From NCBI GenBank assembly GCA_964019335.1, contig OZ025672.1:372001-436000 (forward strand): 64,000 nucleotides of DNA. The letters run 5' to 3'. Source of the stretch: Diplonema japonicum (Eukaryota; Protista; Euglenozoa: Diplonemea). Of this stretch, positions 42,472 to 51,575 are shown piece by piece. The translations under genes and the position numbers were made by a program. Every line of letters begins with the position of its first letter. Position 1 is the first letter of the stretch. Below the pieces are notes generated by a model. That model searched no databases, was not told the DNA's origin, and saw only the letters and a list, made by a program, of their open reading frames with translations.

Positions 42472-42512
42472 GGGCTGTGCTAAAACCAAACAAAACTGCG
42501 ACAAACAGCAAC

Positions 42513-42600
42513 TCAGTAGACTCATCAGGTAGTTCTATTGTGTCTCACCAGCAGCCACAAGGGCTGTCTGCAGAACGCATGAAAATAGAAAGTATCATCA
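42513..42600 (-). ncRNA. Candidate box C/D snoRNA, copy 4
   Basis: Identical 88-nt core from C box to D box. Confidence 0.7.
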
Positions 42601-42773
42601 GGGCTGCTTGGCGGCAAGAAGATCCCGGGAAATGTTCGACAGCTTGAAGGGAAGTGAGAAAGAAAAAAAGAAAAAGCGGAATAATTATAAATAGTGAACA
42701 CAAGAGGGCGGCCAATCCGGCTTTGCGCACTTGCTTAAATGTGTAAAAAAAAAAAAAGAAAAAAGAAAACAAC

Positions 42774-42914
42774 CTACGACTTCTGGTAGGTGACAGTGTA
42801 GCCCGAGTTCTGAGCGGGAAGGTAAAGGTTACCAGGGAGGACGTTGTACGCCTGGTTGCCGGGAAGGGCGAAGGTGTACCCAGCACCGCCTTGAGGAGCC
42901 TGACCAGCCGGCAT
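42774..42914 (-). CDS. Micropeptide type A, copy 10
   Basis: Identical peptide. Confidence 0.88.
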   Translation of the reverse strand: MPAGQAPQGGAGYTFALPGNQAYNVLPGNLYLPAQNSGYTVTYQKS

Positions 42915-43016
42915 TATTTCTCTTTTTTTTTTTTTTGTAAGTGTAGAACCCTGTATAATTGCAAAAAAAAAGGGGGGGGTAAATATCTTTCCGTCCAAAA
43001 AAAAAAAAAAAAAGTT

Positions 43017-44116
43017 TTAGAAAAGCTTCCGAAGATCTGAGTATGACGAAGCAGAGGGTGGGAGCCGCGGGGGGGGTTCCGAAAGGAAAGACGCAGCAGG
43101 GCCAGGGTCCAGCCAAAGAGATTGCAAGGTACGGTTGTTGTTGAGGTTGTATGTGTTGACCCGCTCGGACCACAGACAGGTCTGAGTAGGTAGAAGAGCA
43201 TCGTGTGCTGTTGGAGCCGCAATAGAAGTAATATGTTCGAGAAAAGATTTCATGGAGTACAAAGCATCGAGGGACCCCACAAGGGCTTGGGGTTCTTGAG
43301 CGGCTTGATGCTTCACCTCTTGGGTACCGGTGGGGAATTTCAATCTTCCAAACAACTTGTTCTTCTTCAGATTACCATCAACATCAACACAATTCCCTTC
43401 CCACAACCACTTGGGCATTGCGGCAGGCAGTACCAACGGGCAGTTACTGTGGAACTCCTCGATGTAAGCCAATTCGTCAGATGTGACGCCTTTATCAGCT
43501 GTTGTCCGTCTGTGCTCTGCGACAATGCTTGCTGTGTCCCAACCAAGAAGCCTTCGAAGTGCGATGACAACACTACCAGTTACATGCCCTCCGTCAAGAC
43601 AGTGGATGTACACAGGGTGGTTTTGTGGGTCTATGATTATTTCCAAAATTTGTGTCACGTCGGCCATCATCAGAACCGGTGCTTCCTACGTTATTATGTT
43701 TATAAAAAAAAAGGGGGAAGGGGGGAAAGGAAACCACACCTTGAACTTCTCGCACGGCACGTGCCGCAACGCCACCTTCTCGAAAAAACAAAACTCTTGC
43801 AAATCCTGCGACGGGACCTCGGGCACCAGGCTTATTACGGTTTTCAAATTGAGCCTTTTCATAAACCGGTAATTGAACAACACGGGATACCCCCCTCTAT
43901 AGACCCCGGTTTCTACTAACGCAAATCGAAGGGGCGGTATCTTTTTTTTTTTTTTTAAACTTGTGAGATGATTCATACCACCATGGGCAGCCCTTGCAAA
44001 GCCCTTCTTCTCGGGAGGCCGGCTACCACTCCCGCTAGCACCGTCACAATGACACTTTGAGTCTCTGGGTCATGGGTGTCCAAGTAATCTCCCTCCGGTT
44101 CGATGGCGTGTAGCAT
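43017..44116 (-). CDS. Siw14/Oca family tyrosine-phosphatase-like protein (Oca6-like), 3 exons; introns 43941-43978 and 43686-43739
   Basis: IPPLRFALVETGVYRGGYP...LNLKTVISLVPE and HPVYIHCLDGGHVTG; two phase-0 GT-AG introns join the fragments; start codon is tentative. Confidence 0.82.
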
Positions 44117-44717
44117 AAGAGGTGAAGCAGGGATGGTGAGCCCCTGGTGTTTTCCTTCCCCTCTTTTATGATGTGCGAAAGAAAAAAGAAATCAAGTATA
44201 AAAAAACTCAAAAATAGAATAATATGGGCGAGGGAAGGAGGTGTAAATAATGGAAAGAAAATGGGGGGGGGGTAATTAAATGAAAGAAAGAAAGAAAAAT
44301 AAAAAATAGATCTCAAAAAAAAATGGTTTATTAACTGCGGTGTGTGTGTGTTGTGCTAGTGTGTTTATTATAGATCAAATATCAAGGAGATACTCACCCC
44401 CCCCTCTCCCGCTCTCCTATTCCTTGAGCTAAGTTCATCTCTTGCAACTTACCCATATCGTAGCCCCCTCACTTTCTTTTTTTTTTTAAAAAGAGTTTTG
44501 TGCCCTTCTGCAGTAAGAGGGGGCAGCAAAAGGAGAAAGACAAGGGGGGAGAAAGGGAGTTAGGAGATTTAAAACTGGTTCAAGTACCAGGAGATTTATT
44601 CAAAAAAAAAAAAAAAAAAAAAAAACTCAAAGTAAAAGACAATCCCACTTGAGGACCCTCTTGAGGTGTGAGTTCCTATCTATTGATGCTCCTATTCTGG
44701 AGCACTGCTTTCGTCAG

Positions 44718-44760
<43 letters not shown>

Positions 44761-44763
<3 letters not shown>

Positions 44764-44800
44764 ACATTCAAGGGTACCTGCGGTATGTGGCAGGACGCCT
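44761..44800. repeat. 40-bp dispersed intergenic element, copy 3
   Basis: gagacattcaagggtacctgcggtatgtggcaggacgcct after a >40-nt poly-A. Confidence 0.85.
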
Positions 44801-45521
44801 AAAAAAAAAAAAGAAATAATAAAAAGAACATCCCGTCAATTGATTTTTTAAGGCATTTTCCTGTGCAGCACTGGAAGGGATCCTCTCCGGGAATTAAACC
44901 CAACAGGCTTTTTCAAGGGGGAAAGGGTGCACCATAGAAATCCCTAAAGATTTTTTTTTCAAAATTTTCCTAAATTCCCTTAGAGCAAGTTCAGGATTGA
45001 CGAAACGGGTTTTAGAGAAGGGGAGTGGGAAAAAAAAAAAAAAAAAAGAAAAGAAAAAGAGGTCTTACAAACACCCTATCATGGGCATTAAAAACGGAGA
45101 GACGGGGGAAGACGGGAGGTGTGAAAAGAACGTGAAGAAATAAAGCATATTTGCATGCCTCGTTCGGCAGCACAAGGAGTTGACGGTCCACTCGGGTTGA
45201 CAGGGAAGGCCAGCACTCTTGCTTGGGCCTCCGTGCTTCGGCGGCCCAGATACGGCCACACCCACACCTTTCAACGGTAAATTTGGCACATCATGCCCCC
45301 CGTCGCCTCCAAAAAAAAAAAAAAATCTACAAAAAAAAAACTTCTACTGTAAGAAAAAAAAACCCCCCCTCGAAGGCTTTTCATTTCTCTCCCCCCCTTT
45401 TTTTTTCTCCCCGTTCTTTCGTTCTTGAAAGTTCATCTTTCCAGGGGGAGATCTTTTCTTTTATTCGCATTTTACATTTTTTGCTCCCCCCCTCTTTCTT
45501 TTTTTTTCTTCTTTTTTTTTT

Positions 45522-47162
45522 TCATTCCAAGCCCCCCTTCATTGTCAGCTCCGTTGTTGTAAGGTAAAGCTGGATAAAGCTCGTAACGTTGATAGAAACA
45601 TGGCTGAGCGAGTCTGCGGTGGGGGTCTTTTTGGTAAAGGCAGTGGAGCAAGAGTGACGCGTAGCGGGGTATAGAGGGTTACATTCACGGTCTGCTCGGA
45701 AATGGAAATAATGGATCCACGGTAGCTCGATGGTAATGCCCGACATGGAAGGAAAGGATGTGTCGATGCTAATCAGAATCGATGCCGGGGACAGCATCAA
45801 CGCATGCAAGTGGGAAGCCCCATGGGGCGTGACATAGTGTGTGATGGTTTGCAACATCGCAAACTGGTCCTTGATGGGCATTCTAAAATCGGTCATCTGA
45901 ACATGATCCCCAAGCGACCGAATCTTTGCAAATATCGCCTCTTCGTTAAGAATGTTTCGCGTCCAAGATTTTCGTCGTGTTGCCCACAAAACACGGTTCC
46001 CCCTTGTCTTCACTCCTGGTGTTGGAATACTGTGCTTTTTCACCCAATATTGCCGCCACAACCAGTACAGTTTCTCACATTCATGTTTCACATCTGCTGA
46101 ATCGGTAGCGCTGATGATGACACCGTCGGTCATCCATAAAGGTTGGCAATTTGTCGGAGCGCCTACTATTAGCCTTTTAATGGCCACCACATCGTTGTTT
46201 TCCTCCATGTATATTCCTCCCGGTGCCATCATCTCCATCATTTTCCCGGGTTCGGTTGAAAGACACTTAGCTTTCTGCGATGTGATGCACGAATCCTTTT
46301 GTGATTTCAATTGGTGGACCAAACCTGGTAACGCCTCGGGTTTCATGGCCCACGCGCGGGATCTTGCGGTGGGCTGGAACACGGCGATGTTTTGTTCCTC
46401 ACCTCTTAGGCGAAAGGGCAGCGTGGCGTGGAAAAACGGAAGCAGCACCTCCACGAAAACATGGTACATTGAGTGATAGTCCGTTGGAGTTTGGTAGTAA
46501 CCGATTTCAACAACCTTGTCAGTCTTGTTCACGCTGAGCTTTTTAAGCGTGATATTATCTTCTAAGACTGTATGGCGCTTCCCTTTTAGGGTGCTGTATG
46601 AGCCGGCCCATGAAACGCTCATTTTGCTTGTTTTCGACCATAAATCGCCTTGATAGTACACCGTGTCTTGCAGAACGTGGTATTCCCCTTGCTCCCACGG
46701 TTTTGAGTTCGGGCGTCTGCAAGGGAACTCAGCGCCGTACCTCCTACTGAACCGTTGGTTCTGGAGGATGCCCGCTGCCGCGCACGACGGGTGTTGCTCG
46801 CTCTTCATCAACACGGTTTCGTTCTTCACCAGCTCCTTATACCTCTTCTTAAACACCTTTTCAATCCTCTTCTGGTCACCCTGATCAAACTCCGTGTTAG
46901 CTGTTGTATAATACCACCTGTGTTCCGGCCATTTCTCAGGAACGCCCCTCTCGGCGATTTCGTACTTTGTCAGCGGTTGGATGGACAAGTCTTCCTTGTC
47001 TTCCTTCTTCTCCGCCTCTTTATTCGGCACGTGTTGTGCATCGGCTTTCTTTGCAGATTTCTTCCCCCGCACCTTGTTGCCGTTTTTATCAACCATGCCC
47101 GCCTGTAGGTACAGCAGGATGAGACATGAAAGAACGACGATCGATAGGATGCCTGCTGGCAT
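45522..47162 (-). CDS. Glycosyltransferase family 61-like (DUF563) type II membrane protein
   Basis: N-terminal TM; YHVFVEVLLPFF, RNILNEEAI and YVTPHGASHLHALML resemble GT61 motifs. Confidence 0.72.
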   Translation of the reverse strand: MPAGILSIVVLSCLILLYLQAGMVDKNGNKVRGKKSAKKADAQHVPNKEAEKKEDKEDLSIQPLTKYEIAERGVPEKWPEHRWYYTTANTEFDQGDQKRIEKVFKKRYKELVKNETVLMKSEQHPSCAAAGILQNQRFSRRYGAEFPCRRPNSKPWEQGEYHVLQDTVYYQGDLWSKTSKMSVSWAGSYSTLKGKRHTVLEDNITLKKLSVNKTDKVVEIGYYQTPTDYHSMYHVFVEVLLPFFHATLPFRLRGEEQNIAVFQPTARSRAWAMKPEALPGLVHQLKSQKDSCITSQKAKCLSTEPGKMMEMMAPGGIYMEENNDVVAIKRLIVGAPTNCQPLWMTDGVIISATDSADVKHECEKLYWLWRQYWVKKHSIPTPGVKTRGNRVLWATRRKSWTRNILNEEAIFAKIRSLGDHVQMTDFRMPIKDQFAMLQTITHYVTPHGASHLHALMLSPASILISIDTSFPSMSGITIELPWIHYFHFRADRECNPLYPATRHSCSTAFTKKTPTADSLSHVSINVTSFIQLYLTTTELTMKGGLE

Positions 47163-47245
47163 GTTGTGGTGTAAGCTGTGAAGATATATTGATGAGCTTT
47201 ACAGAGAGAGAAGATACACAAAACAAAAAGGGGGTAATTTATAAT

Positions 47246-47596
47246 CTAATGCGGGGTGACTCTTACAAACTCTTTTACTTGGCGCCGCGTGTCGTCGTTT
47301 ATGTTGCTGTTCACGATGGCTGCCTTGCGGGACTGGTCGCTGTTCAACCCGAGGACCCCGTCGATGTGGTGGTCCTTCACCGCCGAACCTGATGAAGCTT
47401 CGAATGCTGCCAAGATCTGTTCCGTGTTAAGGCTGCTGACCGAGTCCGCAAGCAAACCCTCGTCTTCCACTAGCGCCTTTGCAATGGCACAGAATTCCTC
47501 ATGGCTCATGCCCTGAAGAACCCTCTTCACATCCACAGCAGGTACTCTCCTTACATCAGCTCCCGCTACCGTGTGCACGGATGCGTCCAACTGCAT
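47246..47596 (-). CDS. Hypothetical protein (116 aa)
   Basis: Coding-like minus-strand ORF; ATG after a pyrimidine tract and AAAG. Confidence 0.55.
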   Translation of the reverse strand: MQLDASVHTVAGADVRRVPAVDVKRVLQGMSHEEFCAIAKALVEDEGLLADSVSSLNTEQILAAFEASSGSAVKDHHIDGVLGLNSDQSRKAAIVNSNINDDTRRQVKEFVRVTPH

Positions 47597-47722
47597 GTCG
47601 CACCCTTTGTGAATGGTCTTTGTTGGGAGGGGTTTTGTGTATAAAAGGGAGAAGAAAGAAAAAAGTTGTGTGGTGGTGGCGCGTGGAAACGCGTCACATT
47701 TGGGTGAAACAAGAAGTCGTTT

Positions 47723-48076
47723 CTAAAACTCTTCAGGAGTCAACGCGAAGGTTCTTGAGCTCAACAGCCGCCCCCTTGTGCGCAGCATTTTAATGTCTTT
47801 TATTTTACCGCTGTTTCGAATGCTTCTACCCTTCCACGGGACCCACGACTCTCGGGGGCCTACCTCATCGCCACCTCTGAAGGACGGGATGGGTTTCGGA
47901 GTGAATTGCGAAATGTCGAAGGTAGACGGTAATGTGTACCCAGGGGGGACGATCGTCGTTTTGGGGCGCACCTTGGCAGGCGGCGGTGACAGCGTGCGGT
48001 GCTTGCCGGGTTTGAACTGCCGGAACGACGAAAAACCGTTCCTGAAGATGAGTTGGGTCTTCCAGTTCCAATCCAT
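47723..48076 (-). CDS. Hypothetical basic protein (117 aa)
   Basis: ATG follows CCTACAG; same strand as the cluster. Confidence 0.55.
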   Translation of the reverse strand: MDWNWKTQLIFRNGFSSFRQFKPGKHRTLSPPPAKVRPKTTIVPPGYTLPSTFDISQFTPKPIPSFRGGDEVGPRESWVPWKGRSIRNSGKIKDIKMLRTRGRLLSSRTFALTPEEF

Positions 48077-48166
48077 GTCGCCTGTAGGGGTGTGAAAGTT
48101 TGTTTACAATTTAGTTAACCGAACTACTTCCTGCTGTAAAGCAGTGCTCCATTCCGTTCGATGTGC

Positions 48167-49717
48167 TCAAGAAGGCCGTGCAGACAGACGCTCGCCCATT
48201 GCCTTCCACTCACCGCACGTCATCACTCTCGCCGCCTTGTTCGAGGTGAGGTACTGCCCCTTTAATTTGTCCATCGACTCCTTCTGCTTCGTGATGGCCG
48301 TGTCGTGAAGCCGTTTGCTTACCTCGCTGGCGTCAGAGGCTGTAAGCTTTTTGGACCCACATTTCTCGCTTATAAGGCTGACAGGGAGGTACTTCGACAG
48401 GAGATAGCTTTTTTTTTCTTTGCTCTTCTCGATAGACACAGTGTACAGACGTGTGATGCTATCCTGTAGGTCCTCTGGTGTGATGTGCTTCGGGTCAACC
48501 GACGGCTCTAAGTACCTCGCAACGAGATCTTTCAGCTTGTCGGCTTGCTCTTGCGACGACCCGAACAACCTCTCCACGCTCATGTCTTGCTCCTCAAGCG
48601 ACAGCTTCGGGCGCTTTTGCTTGTCCGCATCGCCAAGCACCCGCTTCGACAGCGCCTTCATGCCCTCTTCCTGTTTCTGCCTCGCGACTGTGTACAGTCT
48701 GTTTACCAACTCCCCTTCCTCATCCGGCGGGATCCTCTTCATGGGTTTCACAGTGCCACGCTCTTCTGCAGAGAAAGCCTTCCCCAAGCTCCCGAGGTCG
48801 GGATCCTTGATCTTGGGGAGCTTCTCAAAGGGCACCTTATCCATCTCGTCTTGCTCTTGCTTCGACAGCAGGTTCAGGGGGTTCTGTCTACGCCTGTTCG
48901 AAACACCCAACGCAAGGATTTCTCTCAGGAAGGAGTTTTTCGTTATTTGCAGTGCAGTTTTGTTTCCCGGTGTGAGCTTATCGAGCAGGGTGCCCTTGGC
49001 CTTTAGGATCTGGCAGGCATCACGTCCTTCGACACCAGTCGAGTGCAACGCTAGGAGGTGCACGGAGGTGAAACCAGCAAAGTTGGTACTGTTGGTCCGC
49101 AGGACTTTAAGTTTGCATATCTCAGCAATGAAGGCAACGGGGGGCTTAGGTCTGGAGCACACGCAGTGCAGGATGGTGTTTCCGTCCGACGGCCGCTGGT
49201 AATTTACATCGATGCCGCACTGCGACAGCAGCAGCAGGGCGATGTCATATTTGCAGTACCGCACGCAGAAGAACAGGCCATCCCTCCTCACCTCCTTCAG
49301 CGATGCTTCAAACAGCAGCCTTGCAATCTTTTTCTTGTGCATGAAAATCGCATGCATCAGCAGTTGCCCGTTCACACCCTCCCTGCTCAGCACTACTTTG
49401 CATGCTTCGTGGCCGCGTGGCTCCTCCAGCAGTGCAGCCACGCCTTCCCGGTCGCCCTTTTCGACTAATTTCAGTATCTGTTGTGCCGTCTCTATCTCCT
49501 TGGAGTTCACATCCTTCACAGTGTCCGGAGCGGGCTCAGGCGTGCTGGACACAGGAACTGATTCGCTTGGCTTCTCAGCTTCCCTTCCATCCTCGCTTTT
49601 CTCTTCTTGTTCTTCGGTTTCTTCTGGTTTCTCTTCTTCTTGCTTCGATTGTTGCTCTTGCTCCGGTTCCTCGTCTTGCTCACCGCTTTCGTGGTCCTGG
49701 CTCCCCTGCTCCGACAT
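48167..49717 (-). CDS. Ankyrin-repeat protein with acidic N-terminus and C-terminal (S/L)V(E/N)RL(Y/F) repeats
   Basis: DGNTILHCVC, AGFTSVHLLA, GNKTALQI; repeats LVNRLY/SVERLF/SITRLY/VSKRLH; start MSEQ after TTGCAG. Confidence 0.75.
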   Translation of the reverse strand: MSEQGSQDHESGEQDEEPEQEQQSKQEEEKPEETEEQEEKSEDGREAEKPSESVPVSSTPEPAPDTVKDVNSKEIETAQQILKLVEKGDREGVAALLEEPRGHEACKVVLSREGVNGQLLMHAIFMHKKKIARLLFEASLKEVRRDGLFFCVRYCKYDIALLLLSQCGIDVNYQRPSDGNTILHCVCSRPKPPVAFIAEICKLKVLRTNSTNFAGFTSVHLLALHSTGVEGRDACQILKAKGTLLDKLTPGNKTALQITKNSFLREILALGVSNRRRQNPLNLLSKQEQDEMDKVPFEKLPKIKDPDLGSLGKAFSAEERGTVKPMKRIPPDEEGELVNRLYTVARQKQEEGMKALSKRVLGDADKQKRPKLSLEEQDMSVERLFGSSQEQADKLKDLVARYLEPSVDPKHITPEDLQDSITRLYTVSIEKSKEKKSYLLSKYLPVSLISEKCGSKKLTASDASEVSKRLHDTAITKQKESMDKLKGQYLTSNKAARVMTCGEWKAMGERLSARPS

Positions 49718-49861
49718 AGCGCCCTGCAATCGAATGAGGTACCAGAAAAAGGCATCAAAACAAATAAAGAAAAGATACAAACAATACAAAAAAAAAAAAA
49801 AAAAAAAAAAAAAGAAAATGCTAAATATATTACAAAAAAAAGGCTACACACAAATCCTGGC

Positions 49862-50767
49862 TCATGCGTAGAGCTGCTCGTAGGTGCTGCGTTCTCTGTC
49901 GGAGGCTTCGGAAGCTTTTTGCCGAGCGACAGCGGCTTCTCGGCGTGCCTCGTCGTAGGCATGCTGGGCGATGGCACGGTGTTTCATCCACTTTGCTTCT
50001 TTGTCCTGTTCGAGGAGACGAGCTGCGTCGCGCGCGGCAACGAGTTGGAGCTGGTTGCTGGAGGCGGTTCTTCGGGTTGTCCACATGTCTTTGCATCTGA
50101 AGTACAGTGCCGAGATGAGGTCGGTAGTGGAGGGGTGGAGGCAGAAGGCAACCCACTCCTCATAGGAGATGTTCCCATCACCATCCGTGTCCGCCTCCAT
50201 AAAGAGATCCTCAAGGGAGAGGGTCGTCAGCTGCATTTCACATCTTGCGAATATTTGCGTCATGTCGTTAAAGATGAGAAAGCCCTTGTTTCCTATGTCC
50301 GCCTCGGAGAATGTGCTTCGTATCTTCTCGCTTTGGCTTGGCGGGATACCACTGTCGCAGGCAGTACGACTGACCCTCCCGCCACATGACACCCATGTTT
50401 TGATTCGTTCGGAGGTCGGGATGCCTTCCTGGATATCGCCATGCCAGATGCTCTCAGGTTGGAAACAGTAAAGTTGAGCCCCGGTCACCAACTGCTGCGA
50501 ACTGTAAAGATCGACCCACTTCTCTTGCAGGCTGTCGAACAACTGGAACGTTTGTGTTTGGTAAGGGATGTCAGGGTACCCTGGGGGGCGGTTCGATCTA
50601 CCTATCACATCGTACTGCCCTTCTGCGATGTTGATCATATCATGCACAAGAGGGATGTCGGTGAAGGAAAACTCCCTATTATACTTCTTCCCATATATAT
50701 CCGTGGCTATGCGTAGAGCAAAGGGTGCCCCGGCATCTTCGGCCATTCCAGGAACGGGCGAGTACAT
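49862..50767 (-). CDS. BILBO1-like protein (BILBO1 N-terminal domain + EF-hands + short coiled coil)
   Basis: IATDIYGKKYNREFSF...KWVDLYSSQQL...QLYCFQPESIWH resembles the trypanosomatid BILBO1 N-terminal domain; EF-hand DTDGDGNISYEE. Confidence 0.85.
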   Translation of the reverse strand: MYSPVPGMAEDAGAPFALRIATDIYGKKYNREFSFTDIPLVHDMINIAEGQYDVIGRSNRPPGYPDIPYQTQTFQLFDSLQEKWVDLYSSQQLVTGAQLYCFQPESIWHGDIQEGIPTSERIKTWVSCGGRVSRTACDSGIPPSQSEKIRSTFSEADIGNKGFLIFNDMTQIFARCEMQLTTLSLEDLFMEADTDGDGNISYEEWVAFCLHPSTTDLISALYFRCKDMWTTRRTASSNQLQLVAARDAARLLEQDKEAKWMKHRAIAQHAYDEARREAAVARQKASEASDRERSTYEQLYA

Positions 50768-50974
50768 AATGTGTGGGGGGGCTCACTTTGAAGTGGTACT
50801 TTGATTGGGGGGGGGGGGGGAGGGGGGGGAGCAAGACTAAACAAAGAACGAGGGAATCAGGGGGAACGAGAAAAAAAAAAAGAGAGAGAGAAAAAAACAA
50901 AGCAAAAGAACAGATTTTCTTTTTTTGAGAATCAAAGAAAAGGAAACAGAGTACATCTTTTTTTTTTCTTTATT

Positions 50975-51575
50975 CATAGCCTGCACGTTATAACGCAAGC
51001 ATAACGTTATCAAATTGATATTTTAAAATACCCGGTATCAAATACCATAACGCAAAAAAGGGCCCATAATCTTGTTACGTACCCGTTATTTTAACGATAT
51101 CGAATTAAATAACGTAATTTTAATCGGTGAAAAATTAAAATAACGTTATTTAATTCGTGCAAATATTGCATCGTCTGGAGTCCCACTGACTCGGGAATCT
51201 CTTCTAAGTACTTTCTGGGGGTAGCCATGCCTTCCAAACACCCACAAGTACTCCTCTAGCTCTCTCTTAGCCACTTATCCCTCCCTGTTGCATTCTTGAA
51301 ACAGCGTCTTCTCATTCTCCAAATTTTCACCGATTAAAATAACGTAAAATAACATAAAAATAACGCACCCAAAATTCGCCAAAATTGGGGTGGGCTTCGG
51401 ATGTTAAGTTACCCATGTTCATGGTCTCCAAAAATTATATTTCGTGTTTCTGGACCCCATCTCGACATCTGCGGGGGTATAGAGGACCTCGGCGTGCCCA
51501 GGCCAATTTTGCACTATTTAAATACCCGAACCGATTAAAATACCCGATTGGTATCGGTATAACGTGCAGGCTATG
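50975..51575. mobile_element. MITE-like non-autonomous DNA transposon, 601 bp, 18-bp TIRs CATAGCCTGCACGTTATA
   Basis: Perfect TIRs at 50975-50992 and 51558-51575; internal 17-bp inverted repeat at 51117-51133/51324-51340; AAATAACG/AAATACCCG subterminal repeats; imperfect TSD tttct(t)tatt. Confidence 0.75.

Larger units (their letters stand above)
36385..42914 (-). repeat. Tandem array of 20 micropeptide genes (10 type A, 10 type B) with interleaved candidate snoRNAs
   Basis: Order by increasing coordinate: A A B A B B A A B A B A B B B B A A B A; coding units conserved, spacers divergent. Confidence 0.95.

Noticed and set aside
36324-42886. Alternative-frame ORFs (CRLVRL...TRSR; plus-strand RVVGVNN...ADGHF) and N-terminal extensions in the ORF track
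   Set aside because: These frames accumulate amino-acid changes and lack conserved starts and stops; only the MPAGQ/MPVGQ frames are invariant
36385-42914. CRISPR-like repeat/spacer appearance of the array
   Set aside because: Repeats are 141/150 nt, are ATG-to-stop ORFs with synonymous-only variation, spacers are related to each other, there are no cas genes and the context is eukaryotic
44641-44657. 17-nt match aatcccacttgaggacc also at ~59805
   Set aside because: Only two short copies with no structure or context to interpret
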